A DNA stretch of 64,000 nt. Origin: Truepera sp. Its GTDB lineage: Bacteria; Deinococcota; Deinococci; Deinococcales; Trueperaceae. Shown here one piece after another: positions 40,427 to 50,377 of this stretch (positions within the stretch are counted from its first letter, which is position 1; each line of letters begins with the position of its first letter). The notes beneath the pieces were generated by a model. That model searched no databases. It was given only the letters and a program-made list of their open reading frames with translations, and was not told the DNA's origin. Position numbers and translations under genes: made by a program. The DNA lies in NCBI GenBank assembly GCA_965218435.1, contig CBDCKW010000009.1:1888001-1952000 (forward strand). Reading direction: 5' to 3'.

Positions 40427-41431
40427 TTACTCGAGCGTCTTTAGGTACGCTAAAAGCGCCTGTAAATCGTGTGATTCTAAATACATAGGCGGCATCTTGT
40501 TCCCTGGTTTGACCGTCTGCGGATTGACGATCCACCCGGCTAAATTGCCTTCAGTATTCGGGAGCGCCCCCGCGCCGATGGTGCGGCGGCTCGCGAGGTG
40601 CGTCAAGTCAGGACCCAGACGGCTCGAGGCGTTCGTACCTTTAATCGCGTGGCAGTACACGCACGCCGACCCTAAAAAGACCTGTTGCCCCCGCAACGCT
40701 TCGCCGCCTTTGGGAACAGGCGCGGCGAGTTGCTGCTGTGAGACCCACGCCTGATACTTTTGGGGCGCGTCGGCCACTACCCAAAACGCCATCTTCGCGT
40801 GCTGTAAGCCGCAGTATTCACCGCACTGCCCGCGAAACGCACCCGGCTGGTCGGCCTCTATAGAGATGGTATTGGTCTGCCCCGGGATCGTATCGATTTT
40901 GCCGTTCAGCTCCGGTACCCAAAACGAGTGAATCACATCGGCCGAAGTCACTTTGATCTGCACAGGTTCCCCCGCCGGGATATGCAGTTCGTTGGCCGTG
41001 GTAATGCCCTCTTGCGGATAGATGACCTCCCACCACCAGCGGTGACCGATCACCTGGATGACGCGCGTCGGAGCCTGAGCGCGAGCGGTGATCACGTTTT
41101 CCGTATAGATGTTAAAACCCATCAGCGTGCCTAACACGGCAATGGGAAAGGCGGCCCCCAAAAGCCCCACAAACCACAGCAGCCCCCGCTCTCGGTCCGA
41201 ATGCAGTTGTGGGTCAGTTGATGCGTCTCGGCGTTTTCTAAAAAGTGCGACGAGGAGCAGCACTGTAACTAACACCACGACAAAACTGGCGACCGAAAAA
41301 AGGACCCACCACCAGGTATCTATATACCTGCTGATCGGTCCCTGAGGATTAAGGGCGGACTGCGTGCGGGCAGCGCAGGTGCTGGCCAAAGCGCCGACAC
41401 TAACAGCTAAGCCGACGTTTAGGCGCTTCAC
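40427..41431 (-). CDS. coxB: Cytochrome c oxidase subunit II with fused cytochrome c (caa3 type)
   Basis: DVIHSFW, CGEYCGLQHAKM (CuA), CVYCH heme motif. Confidence 0.95.
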   Translation of the reverse strand: MKRLNVGLAVSVGALASTCAARTQSALNPQGPISRYIDTWWWVLFSVASFVVVLVTVLLLVALFRKRRDASTDPQLHSDRERGLLWFVGLLGAAFPIAVLGTLMGFNIYTENVITARAQAPTRVIQVIGHRWWWEVIYPQEGITTANELHIPAGEPVQIKVTSADVIHSFWVPELNGKIDTIPGQTNTISIEADQPGAFRGQCGEYCGLQHAKMAFWVVADAPQKYQAWVSQQQLAAPVPKGGEALRGQQVFLGSACVYCHAIKGTNASSRLGPDLTHLASRRTIGAGALPNTEGNLAGWIVNPQTVKPGNKMPPMYLESHDLQALLAYLKTLE

Positions 41432-41801
41432 CGCCCGTCCTGTCTAGGTAACCCTCGAGCCGGTGGGCTCACAGCTCCGTCCCGGAAAATAGACCCGGTT
41501 TTACGGGCAGCCAACTTTTAGAACGGATCTTGCTAAGACAATCAGCACAACTTTTACTTATTATGTGTACTGCAGCTACTTGGTTGATCACTTTACACCT
41601 CAGCGGCGTCATTAAATGCCGTACAGCTATGTAGTTCGTCGCACCTCGAGACGAGCGGCTGACTGGGTCAGTTGGCAGCGTAGCAAGACAGACAAAAGTG
41701 CTCACAACGCAAAAGCAAGCACCGCGTTGTCGGCACCTTGACGATATTCATTTGCCACCCCCAAATAAAGTGTTGCAAATTCAGCGTGTGCTGAAGCTCC
41801 T

Positions 41802-41831
41802 ATTATGCGAACGCTTTGGCCGGGATGTCAA
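41802..41831 (-). promoter_or_regulatory. Sigma70-type promoter ~370 nt upstream of coxB
   Basis: Minus strand TTGACA-N18-CATAAT; spacer contains AAGCGTT (LacI-operator-like core). Confidence 0.6.
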
Positions 41832-41993
41832 CACCGTAGTTGTTGGATGAGGAGGGTAAAGCTGTCCCTAGACACGACCTTAGTGCGCGTGCTAAAGCGG
41901 AGATACGCGGACAAAAATCCAGCTATCTGGCAGATAGCGGCAGAGCGAAAAAGGCTAGAAGTCCGAAGATGAGTTGTTAAGTTACCAGTTCGT

Positions 41994-43163
41994 TCAGCGG
42001 CGCGCGAGCACTCGCCTCAAAAACCCTGTAACACGCCCGAACTCGTCGTCACTTAAGCTGCTCCCCGACGGCAAACAGAGCCCTTGCTCAAAAAGCCTTT
42101 CCGAAAGCCGGTCGCCGTAGTAAGGGTAGTGCGCGAAAACGGGTTGGAGATGGAGCGGTTTCCAGAGGGGCCGCGCTTCGATATCGTTGGCGTCTAAGGC
42201 GAGGCGCAGGTCTTCACGGGTCACGCCGCCGGTCTCTAAAGGGTCAACCAAAATGGTGGTGAGCCAGCGGTTACTGAACATGCCTTCGGGTTCAGGTTGC
42301 AGCGTGACGCCGAGATAGTCGGCAAAAAAGGCCGCGTAACGCTCCGTATTGGCGCGTCTGGCAGCGACTCGCTCGTCTAAAACTTGCATCTGACCACGCC
42401 CGATACCCGCCGAAACGTTGCTCAAACGGTAGTTGTAGCCGATCTGTGAGTGCTGATAGTGCGGCGCGGGGTCCCGAGCCTGCGTCGCTAAAAATCTGGC
42501 CTGCTCGATCCACGCGGCGTTATCGGATAGGAGTGCGCCGCCACCTGACGTGGTAATAATCTTGTTGCCGTTAAACGACAACACCCCGAACGCGCCAAAC
42601 GTGCCCATCGCTTTGCCGTCATACGTTGAGCCGAGCGCCTCGGCCGCGTCTTCAATTAGGGGCACGCCGTAACGCGCGCAGGTTTGCGCGATCTCGGTCA
42701 TCTTCGCGGGCATCCCGTAAAGATGGACGGCGATCACGGCTTTGGGCACCTTACCAAGACGCTGACGGTCTCTTAGCGCCGCCTCGAGCGCCGCCGGGTC
42801 CATATTCCAAGTATCAGCTTCGCTGTCTACAAAGATCGGCACCGCACCCTGATAGACAATCGGATTGGCCGACGCTGAAAAGGTAAAGCTCGAGCACACC
42901 ACCTCGTCACCGGGGCCGACGCCGAGCAAAATCAGCGCGAGGTGCAAGGCTGCCGTCCCGGACGAGAGCGCCGCCGCGTGCGCCGCGCCGGTATAGGCTG
43001 CTAAATCCCCCTCGAAGCCGTTGACATTTGGACCTAACGGCGCAACCCAGTTGCTGTCGAAAGCTTCAGTGACAAAGGTGCGTTCAGCGCCGCTTAGATG
43101 CGGGGGCGAAAGGTAGATGCGCGTCGCGGTTTGCGTTAGATCAGCCACAGTTTGTTGTACCAC
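41994..43163 (-). CDS. DegT/DnrJ/EryC1/StrS sugar aminotransferase
   Basis: SSGTAALHL, IEDAAEALG, SFNGNKIITTSGGG, GYNYRLSN. Confidence 0.93.
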   Translation of the reverse strand: MVQQTVADLTQTATRIYLSPPHLSGAERTFVTEAFDSNWVAPLGPNVNGFEGDLAAYTGAAHAAALSSGTAALHLALILLGVGPGDEVVCSSFTFSASANPIVYQGAVPIFVDSEADTWNMDPAALEAALRDRQRLGKVPKAVIAVHLYGMPAKMTEIAQTCARYGVPLIEDAAEALGSTYDGKAMGTFGAFGVLSFNGNKIITTSGGGALLSDNAAWIEQARFLATQARDPAPHYQHSQIGYNYRLSNVSAGIGRGQMQVLDERVAARRANTERYAAFFADYLGVTLQPEPEGMFSNRWLTTILVDPLETGGVTREDLRLALDANDIEARPLWKPLHLQPVFAHYPYYGDRLSERLFEQGLCLPSGSSLSDDEFGRVTGFLRRVLARR

Positions 43164-43279
43164 GCGGCTCTACTTGTGCGCAGTAGCAAAGGTCGCAACG
43201 CCTGAGCTTATTTGTTCGGCACTTTTTAAGAGCCCGAATATTGTGTACTTATCGACAACCGACTCAAGCGTTCAGTGAA

Positions 43280-43308
43280 TTGATTTTCAGGTCTATAAAC
43301 GCTATAAT
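43280..43308 (+). promoter_or_regulatory. Promoter of the cold-shock gene
   Basis: TTGATT-N17-TATAAT; implies a ~90-nt 5' UTR. Confidence 0.7.
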
Positions 43309-43402
43309 CAGGCCACTTACGCAATCTTAAAGAGCGCGAAAGGGTGGGCGCGAGCTCACAATTACACGGCACGGGTTTCGGCGTGCGGCTAAGGGTTAGA
43401 AC

Positions 43403-43648
43403 ATGGCAACAGGCAGAGTCAAGTGGTTTAGCAACGAAAAAGGGTTTGGGTTTATCGAGCAAGACGGCGGCGGAGCCGATGTATTTTGTCACTTTTCCGC
43501 GATCAGCGCGAGCGGCTTTCGCAGCCTTAACGAAGGCGACGAAGTTGAGTTCGAGGTTGAGCAAGGTCAAAAAGGGTTACAAGCCAAAGATGTCGTAGTC
43601 ACCAACGCCGCGCCCGCTCCGGCACGTTCACAGCGCGAGCGTTACTAG
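43403..43648 (+). CDS. Cold-shock protein
   Basis: G.VKWF..EKGFGFI, DVF.HFSAI. Confidence 0.96.
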   Translation: MATGRVKWFSNEKGFGFIEQDGGGADVFCHFSAISASGFRSLNEGDEVEFEVEQGQKGLQAKDVVVTNAAPAPARSQRERY

Positions 43649-43742
43649 GCCCACCCAACAACCGTTCATAACAATAGGTTTACCTATAGCCTCGGTGTCG
43701 GTAGACCTAAAGTAGATAGACATAAAGTAGATAATCTAGTGC

Positions 43743-43767
43743 AAACCCGGCTCGAGCCGGGTTTTTT
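43743..43767. terminator. Intrinsic terminator (22-bp perfect palindrome centred on CTCGAG)
   Basis: aaacccggctcgagccgggtttttt. Confidence 0.88.
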
Positions 43768-43781
43768 GCTTTTCAGTTGTC

Positions 43782-44573
43782 TTAGTTGCGCCCAAGCACG
43801 TACCCATTTTCAACCAACCGGGTCACTCGGTAACCCGACGTGAGCAGCGGCACCATCACCTCGCGGAGCGCCAGACGCCAGCGCAGCGCGTGTTCAGGGT
43901 CGGTCTCGGGGGAGATTTGGCGGGGCAGCTCGAGCCATACCTGCCGCGCCGCCACTGCTTCCCCGGTAATCTGCGGTTCGTCGTCCTCACCGCGTACCAA
44001 ACCGGACACAAAAGGTTTTTTTACCGCCGGTCTTTTCTCCCCTGCCGCCAGCATCCTGACAGGTTCCGCCGTCAAGGGCCACTCAGCAACCAAACGGTCA
44101 CTCGGCAAGTCCCCATTTAAGCCGCCGCCTAGAGCGCCGTAAAAGTCCACCTCGTAGTGCTTGGCCACTGCGCCGAGATGTTCCAAATTGAGTTTGGCGT
44201 TTTTGGCGCGAACCGGGTCAAAGGTCCAGGTAACGTGCGTGATACCGCGTCCTAGACACCAGTCCCGTTGAAACCATTTGAGCGCCTGACCGAGACCGCG
44301 GCCTCTCGCTTCAGGCAAGACCGCGAGCAAATGTGAGTGCTGCCCGACGCGGCCCTCGACATACGACGGAAAGCCGTAGACGAAGCCGAGCAGCGTCTCC
44401 CCTGCAAAGGCCCCGGCTATGAGTGCCCCGGCGTGTTGGGCAGCTCGGAACGATGTGGCGCTCACCTCGGGCACCGGTTCGCCCCAAACCGCGCACTGCA
44501 CTGCCTCACAGTGACGCAGCTCGGCGACGCCCTGCAGTTCACGGATTGTCCAGTCATCGACCGGCTTAGTCAC
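43782..44573 (-). CDS. GNAT-family acyltransferase
   Basis: HSHLLAV..EARGRGLG.ALK..QR, WTFDP...NA.LN...LGA, SDRL..EW. Confidence 0.88.
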   Translation of the reverse strand: MTKPVDDWTIRELQGVAELRHCEAVQCAVWGEPVPEVSATSFRAAQHAGALIAGAFAGETLLGFVYGFPSYVEGRVGQHSHLLAVLPEARGRGLGQALKWFQRDWCLGRGITHVTWTFDPVRAKNAKLNLEHLGAVAKHYEVDFYGALGGGLNGDLPSDRLVAEWPLTAEPVRMLAAGEKRPAVKKPFVSGLVRGEDDEPQITGEAVAARQVWLELPRQISPETDPEHALRWRLALREVMVPLLTSGYRVTRLVENGYVLGRN

Positions 44574-44590
44574 GTACTGACAGTCCCGCG

Positions 44591-46144
44591 CTAGCCCGCT
44601 CGAGCCCTAAAGCGGCGGTTAAAGGGGGGGTGCGCGGCTACAGCTTGCGGCAACTGCTGAAACGCCAAGCCCGCCGAAAAAACCCACCACGTCAAGTGAC
44701 TGAACTGCGCCGACTCAAACCAGGTCAGCGTATAGATCAGGTAGACGACCCCGACAGCCTCGAGGCCCCACCCCTCGCCCCGCGCGGTCACCCATAAAAA
44801 GATGCCCAACAGCAGCACATAGGTGATGAGTCCGCCCAACCCCACCGATACCCAAAGGTCAAAGATGAGGTCATGTGCCTTACTGGACAACACCTTGCCG
44901 AGGTGAACTTTCCCGTCAGTACTGATATAGCGAAAATAGTAGTGATCGGTTCCTCGGAGCGTATCCACCTCATAAACTTTCGACTCACCGGAATTGAGTT
45001 TTCCCTCTTTACGGGGAAGCACAGTCTTCCACTTCTTATCGAAATCATTAACATAAGGGAAAGCTAAGCCAAAACCGTTGTACCCCCAACCTAAAAGTGG
45101 TCGCTCACGGATACCGTCTGCGGCAATCCTCCAATAATCGAGCCGGAACGAAAAGAACGCATCGGGGTTAGTAACTAACAGTTTAAGAGAGGGTAAAGAC
45201 CGAGTTGCACTTGGCGTGCCTAGTGTAGCTGCACCCAGCAGGGCTGCCCCACCTATAACGAGCGGTACGAACGCCAGTAAAACAATTCGCCGCGCTCTTT
45301 CGGCACGCCAAAAACGAATGAGCAAGTAGATAAGTCCTCCGATAAAGGCCGCCTGCGCCCCCCGCGTCGAGGTCAGATAAACACCTATCAGCATCAGCAG
45401 ATAAAGCGGCCAACCGTAACGTTTTCCTACCCAGCCGCGCAACATACTAACGAGTGCAAGAACTCCAATCGCTGCGACGATAAACCCGGCGTGCCCCCGG
45501 TGCGAGGTCAAGCCAATCGGCATCTGTCCCTTATAGATATTGCTGTAAAGAAGCTTGAAGGCGTCGGTACTATAGGCAACTTTGCCCATCGTCGCGGTAA
45601 AATCGAGCCGCCAGTCAACCGTTTGGACGATGACCGCGAGACCCGTTAAGAGTCCGGCAGCCAAAAAGCCGTAAAGCTGCGCCTTAAAGAGCTGCGGGAA
45701 CCGCTTGAGTAATAGCGCGTTACCCAGGACAAACGCCGCGACGTAGGCCCAGTAAACCCAGCCGTCGCCCATCTCGTTGTTGGGCATCAGGGCGTTACTC
45801 GTTTTGACCGGGCTGTAGTAGACGCTTAGCAGGCCAAAGCCTAAATACACGGCCCATAAGAGGGCGGCCCAACCCCAAGCGGGTGGCGGGTAAAAGCGCG
45901 AACGCCCGTGACCCAGGCGTTGCAGCACAAAACGTACCAGCAGCACCAAGAGAATGCTCCAGGTCAATAGAGCGAGCGCGATGACCGCGTAGACTTTAGG
46001 GTCGGTCCAAATTTCGCCGCGCGGCCGTCCCCAAGGATTGATGAGCACGAGTGAGAGAGCACAGAGTACGCCGTAAACGAAACCTAAATCTGAGAAGTCG
46101 AGAAAGCGCCGCTTTGCTTTGGGTACAACTGTTACGGGCTTCAC
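44591..46144 (-). CDS. O-antigen ligase / O-oligosaccharyltransferase family membrane protein
   Basis: Multiple TMs; TSTRGA, W..A..GI.ERP.LGWG..GF, KAH..I.D...G..G. Confidence 0.8.
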   Translation of the reverse strand: MKPVTVVPKAKRRFLDFSDLGFVYGVLCALSLVLINPWGRPRGEIWTDPKVYAVIALALLTWSILLVLLVRFVLQRLGHGRSRFYPPPAWGWAALLWAVYLGFGLLSVYYSPVKTSNALMPNNEMGDGWVYWAYVAAFVLGNALLLKRFPQLFKAQLYGFLAAGLLTGLAVIVQTVDWRLDFTATMGKVAYSTDAFKLLYSNIYKGQMPIGLTSHRGHAGFIVAAIGVLALVSMLRGWVGKRYGWPLYLLMLIGVYLTSTRGAQAAFIGGLIYLLIRFWRAERARRIVLLAFVPLVIGGAALLGAATLGTPSATRSLPSLKLLVTNPDAFFSFRLDYWRIAADGIRERPLLGWGYNGFGLAFPYVNDFDKKWKTVLPRKEGKLNSGESKVYEVDTLRGTDHYYFRYISTDGKVHLGKVLSSKAHDLIFDLWVSVGLGGLITYVLLLGIFLWVTARGEGWGLEAVGVVYLIYTLTWFESAQFSHLTWWVFSAGLAFQQLPQAVAAHPPFNRRFRARAG

Positions 46145-46303
46145 GGTAAAACCTGTGTGACAAAAGCGGCTAAAGACGAGCTATAAAAATCCGCAGCGGC
46201 AACGTGCCGCTGTGGTAGCTTTTTAAGGGGTGCTGAGAACATGCTGCAAAGTCTAGCACCTCCGCTTAGGTTTTACGACGTGAGTTTAGGCTAACCAGAA
46301 GGG

Positions 46304-46945
46304 TTAGGAAAGTGTCTTGAGTTGCTCCAGAGCTGCCGCTGCCCGCTGCCGTACCAGGCTGCTGTCGCTGCGGCCACCCATCATCATGTGCATCTCCATG
46401 TGCCGGTCCACGTCACCAAAGATGCTACCCAAGACTTCGACCTCTTCACGGCTGCGCAAAGAGGCGTCGTCGCGGAAGGTGGTGGTGTAGGCGAACTCGA
46501 ACTCGCGGTCGTCAAGTTCCCCGTTTAAGTAACGCTCGAGGAGCCCTACATAGGGCGTCAGATCGCTGGTCGAGGTGTTGGTATTCGCCGCCGCCGCGCC
46601 GCTGTAGGGCGCTTTGGCAAGGCCCGCGTCCAAGACTTCGGGCGTAATGTCCCAGTTGTCCGCGTCGAAAACGGCCTCACCGTCGCGGTAGAGAATGACC
46701 TGCGGCGACTGGTGGGTGATGCCGGTCTGCTCGGCGATAAAGTTGCTGGCTGGCCGCGCCTGCACCACACGGACGAGCCCGACCGAGAGGTCGTCACGGG
46801 TTTCTAGCTGCTCTTGTAAAAAGCCGAAGCCTTGCATCGTCTTGTGGCAGGTACCGGCCTTAAAGATGACACTGGTCGGGTTTTCTTTTAGAAAGCCTTG
46901 CACGTCTTCGGGTGTCTCGAGGTTGTAAATGCGGTCTCTTAGCAT
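46304..46945 (-). CDS. Monothiol bacilliredoxin BrxC/YtxJ family protein with extra C-terminal helical domain
   Basis: IFK..TC, V...RP.SN.IAE..GI.HQSPQVI; ATG 46945 lies 6 nt after TACAAT. Confidence 0.8.
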   Translation of the reverse strand: MLRDRIYNLETPEDVQGFLKENPTSVIFKAGTCHKTMQGFGFLQEQLETRDDLSVGLVRVVQARPASNFIAEQTGITHQSPQVILYRDGEAVFDADNWDITPEVLDAGLAKAPYSGAAAANTNTSTSDLTPYVGLLERYLNGELDDREFEFAYTTTFRDDASLRSREEVEVLGSIFGDVDRHMEMHMMMGGRSDSSLVRQRAAAALEQLKTLS

Positions 46946-47056
46946 AGCGTCATTGTAGCCACGCACGCCTCCCCCACCATGTCGCGGGCATTGCGAACAC
47001 ACCTACAAACTTGCTAGACTCTGGGGCCGGACGGTTGACGCCCGGCTCAAAAATCT

Positions 47057-47148
47057 GGAGAGGTGTCCGAGCGGTTTAAGGAGCACGCCTGGAAAGCGTG
47101 TGTACGGGGCAACCTGTACCGAGGGTTCGAATCCCTCTCTCTCCGCCA
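47057..47148 (+). tRNA. tRNA-Ser(GGA)
   Basis: Anticodon arm cacgc-ct GGA aa-gcgtg; long variable arm; GTTCGAATCC; CCA. Confidence 0.97.
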
Positions 47149-47154
47149 AAGGTT

Positions 47155-47187
47155 AAGCGCCGCTCGAGTTGCAAGCGGCGCTTCTTT
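47155..47187 (+). terminator. Terminator after tRNA-Ser
   Basis: aagcgccgct-cgagttgca-agcggcgctt-cttt. Confidence 0.75.
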
Positions 47188-47346
47188 ATAAAACTCAGGG
47201 AGTATTGACCTCTGCTGTTGTTATTACGCCTTGAACGGGTAAGCGGTGCTGTTTTGGCTAGTACCCGAAGCTAGACGCTCCCTTTAGCACTTTGACTTCG
47301 CAAAGCTCAGTAACCACTGCGAGGAGGCTTTAGAAGTCAGCAAAAC

Positions 47347-47997
47347 CTAGAACGCTACCGAATAGGCGAACTCGAGCAGCGCCCGCTGCTCAAAGCTGTA
47401 ACGCCCCCGTGTCCCGCTCAGCACCCCTTGTGCACGCATTTCACCGATTAAGGCCGTGGTCGTTTCGCGGGCTGCGCCGACAAGGGCGGCCAGCGTGTCG
47501 TGGGTGAGCGGCAGGGTGAGGTGAACGCGGCCTGTTTCGGTGGTGTGACCAAAGCGTTGTCCAAGCCGTGAAAGCGTCCGGGCAAGGCGGGCGGCGACGG
47601 GTAGGTCGGTGTCCTCGAGGCCGTCTCTTACGCGCTGAAGCTGCTCACCGGTCGCCCCCAACAGCGCCGGATAAAGTGCGCCGGCGTTTTCTTTGGCGAT
47701 CTCGCTGACGCCCACCTTAGCTGAGAGCGCCTCGGCACGTTCGCCGTAAAAAGGGGCGTTGGCGAGTGCGCCGATATAGTCGCCGGGGCCGACGAGTTGC
47801 GTGATACGTTCGCGGCCGCTGGGAAGCTCGAGGCTCAGTTTTAGGAGCCCTTCATCAATTTGGTAGAGGCTTACAGCCTCGTCTTGAGCGTGATAGAGAA
47901 CCTCACCTTTGCGGAGCTCGCAGCGCAGAGCGTCGGGTAAAACAGAGGGTACGGGCCTGGGTGCAACAACGGTAAAGCCATTCAAGCCTGGAGTCAT
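47347..47997 (-). CDS. Crp/Fnr family transcriptional regulator
   Basis: cNMP-binding-like domain (G.E......GPGD..G); HTH LTH..LA.LVGA.RET.T. Confidence 0.92.
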   Translation of the reverse strand: MTPGLNGFTVVAPRPVPSVLPDALRCELRKGEVLYHAQDEAVSLYQIDEGLLKLSLELPSGRERITQLVGPGDYIGALANAPFYGERAEALSAKVGVSEIAKENAGALYPALLGATGEQLQRVRDGLEDTDLPVAARLARTLSRLGQRFGHTTETGRVHLTLPLTHDTLAALVGAARETTTALIGEMRAQGVLSGTRGRYSFEQRALLEFAYSVAF

Positions 47998-48016
47998 AGG
48001 CTACTTTACAGTGCGC

Positions 48017-48034
48017 TGACACAAAAGGGTGTCA
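48017..48034. promoter_or_regulatory. Palindrome TGACAC-N6-GTGTCA in the promoter of the Crp/Fnr gene
   Basis: Read directly; centred ~28 nt upstream of the probable leaderless start. Confidence 0.5.
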
Positions 48035-48299
48035 TTTATAACCTCGAGGTGTCGGCTATAATTTTTGAGTAGATTAGAAGCGGCCGAACCGGATAGACCA
48101 AATTAGCGGATCAGCCCACACGCAAACTAAGCCAAACGCCAGGTTGCATTGACGTTTGACCTTGTTATCCCTCTTTAAGCAACTGAGAGACGCCGGTTTC
48201 GTCGTTTAGCCCTTACTTTCCTACTTCTTGCCGCTTCATTCTTACTTCTTTCGTACTCCACACTGCTTACAACTCTTGCTGAGCTTATGTCAACCGAGC

Positions 48300-49268
48300 C
48301 TAGCCCGCTAAAATTTTATTGATGTCGTAGAGGTGCCACTCGAGCTCTTTTTGCTTTTCCCAGGTGTCTCGCAGCGGGACAAACACGGTGTCGCGTTTGT
48401 CCACCCCGACCATCACGTCGGTTCGGCCTTCTAACAGAGCCAGCACCGCGTGGTAGCCCAGCCGCGCTGCGAGCACCCGGTCACGGGTACTCGGCGCACC
48501 GCCGCGCTGCACATGACCTAAAATACTGGTGCGCACTTCGTAGCCACTCGCCGCCTCGATCCGTTTTTCGATATCGGCTGCGCCGCCCTTCGCCGCGCCC
48601 TCAGCCACCACGATAATAGACGAACTGCGTCCCCGTTTGCGCCCCGCCGCAATCGACGCGACCATCTGATCGATGTCGTAGTCGCGCTCGGGAACCAAAA
48701 TCTCCTCCGCGCCGCCCGCAATGCCGACGTTGAGCGCGATATGGCCCGAGTGCCGCCCCATCACCTCGACTAAAAAGAGCCGGTCGTGCGAGTGGCCGGT
48801 GTCGCGGAGCCGGTCAATGGCGCTCAGCGCGATATTCATCGCGGTGTGAAACCCGATGGTCACGTCGGTGCCGTAGATGTCGTTGTCAATCGTACCGGGA
48901 ACGCCGATAACCTTGACGCCGTGCTCTTCGGCCAAGAGGTGCGCCCCCTGAAACGAGCCGTTGCCGCCGATCACCACGAGCCCTTCGATACCGTGGTTGC
49001 GCAGAGATTCGGCGGCCTGAGCACGGCCCTGGGGTTCTAAAAACTCGGGGCAGCGGGCGCTGTAGAGGATGGTGCCGCCGCGCTGGGTGATGTTATCGAC
49101 GCTGCGGGCGTTCATCTGGATCATGTCGCCGCCGATCAGCCCTCGGTAGCCGCGGGTTACGCCGAAGATTTCAAGGTTTTCATAGATGGCGGTGCGGACA
49201 ACAGCACGGATGGCTGCGTTCATGCCGGGGGCGTCGCCCCCACTGGTAAGGACTGCAATACGCTTCAT
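48300..49268 (-). CDS. pfkA: 6-phosphofructokinase
   Basis: LTSGGDAPGMNAAIR, PGTIDND, EVMGR, LGHVQRGG. Confidence 0.97.
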   Translation of the reverse strand: MKRIAVLTSGGDAPGMNAAIRAVVRTAIYENLEIFGVTRGYRGLIGGDMIQMNARSVDNITQRGGTILYSARCPEFLEPQGRAQAAESLRNHGIEGLVVIGGNGSFQGAHLLAEEHGVKVIGVPGTIDNDIYGTDVTIGFHTAMNIALSAIDRLRDTGHSHDRLFLVEVMGRHSGHIALNVGIAGGAEEILVPERDYDIDQMVASIAAGRKRGRSSSIIVVAEGAAKGGAADIEKRIEAASGYEVRTSILGHVQRGGAPSTRDRVLAARLGYHAVLALLEGRTDVMVGVDKRDTVFVPLRDTWEKQKELEWHLYDINKILAG

Positions 49269-49510
49269 AGGCGCAGTATAACGCCCTTTATGGTGAGTAG
49301 AAATGTCGTGCTAGACGGTTGCAAACAGCTCCGAGCCGACACGACTCGAGCACGCAGCAGCGCCCCCACAATCTTCTCGTCGTCTTTCTCACCCTTTACC
49401 TAATTATTTAAGGTATACTGCACTTAGTTGAGCTGGAACTGCCGACAAACAGGCACAGGCTCGCAAGCGAAAAAACTATAAGCGGAAAGAGTAAGTCGAA
49501 AGGATGCCAG

Positions 49511-49846
49511 ATGAGCCCAGAAGTTGCCCTCCTCGTTCGCGCTGCCCTCCTCGGTCTAGTCGTGCTCGCCGCCGAGCGTTTCGGCAAACGCCGACAGGCA
49601 AAACGAGCTGAAGCCGAGCGCATCATCATCCGGCTGCCGGCAACCCGTCGTCCGAATGAACCCCTCGCCGGTCGGCCGCTGCAGGTCATTCGCCCCCATA
49701 CCAATGCACCTACCGCTTCAGCCCAAGCTAAGCCAGGGCAAGCTAACTCAGAACCAGCCACAATTGTGCAGCTCGAGCCCGCCGCAACTATGACTGCGAC
49801 GCCCAAACTCTACGACGGACACGTCACCGAAAAACGCGCAGCCTAA
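49511..49846 (+). CDS. Hypothetical protein with N-terminal TM segment
   Basis: Hydrophobic N-terminus; AAGGA RBS. Confidence 0.55.
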   Translation: MSPEVALLVRAALLGLVVLAAERFGKRRQAKRAEAERIIIRLPATRRPNEPLAGRPLQVIRPHTNAPTASAQAKPGQANSEPATIVQLEPAATMTATPKLYDGHVTEKRAA

Positions 49847-49887
49847 TACTCTTTATGTCGTAGGTACATCAGAGTGAAAGGGATAAT

Positions 49888-50220
49888 ATGACCGAGTATC
49901 TAGCTCCTATTCTTCGGGTTGCCGACGGGCAGAAGGCATCAGAATGGTATGCGAGACTAGGATTTGAGGTCGAGGGGGAACACCGTTTTGCTCCAAACCT
50001 TCCCCTCTACCTTTTCTTAAAACGAGGCAATACTCGTCTGCACCTCTCAGAGCATAAAGGTGATGCGACGCCGGACACACTTGTCTATCTTTACGTTAAT
50101 GATGTAGATGCTGTTGCTTCGGAATTTGGAGTGGTTGTAAAAGAAGAACCGTGGGCTAGGGAGATTTCTCTAACTGACTTAGACGGCAACCGATTGCGTA
50201 TTGGCACGCTTTACGAATAA
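49888..50220 (+). CDS. VOC/glyoxalase (bleomycin-resistance-like) protein
   Basis: PILRV.D, WY.RLGF, LHLSEH.GD, PW.RE....D.DGNRLR. Confidence 0.88.
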   Translation: MTEYLAPILRVADGQKASEWYARLGFEVEGEHRFAPNLPLYLFLKRGNTRLHLSEHKGDATPDTLVYLYVNDVDAVASEFGVVVKEEPWAREISLTDLDGNRLRIGTLYE

Positions 50221-50377
50221 GCGTAGCGCACCGTTAGTCACGTACTATAACGAGGCGCCGCAAGAGTTACGAAACCATTCTCTTCAAAATGCGAGAAAGA
50301 GCTAGGGCATGTCAACTCGCACTGTCGAGGTTTTCAAACCCCTGAGCTGTAACCGGTAAGTCGGGGTACGATAGAGC

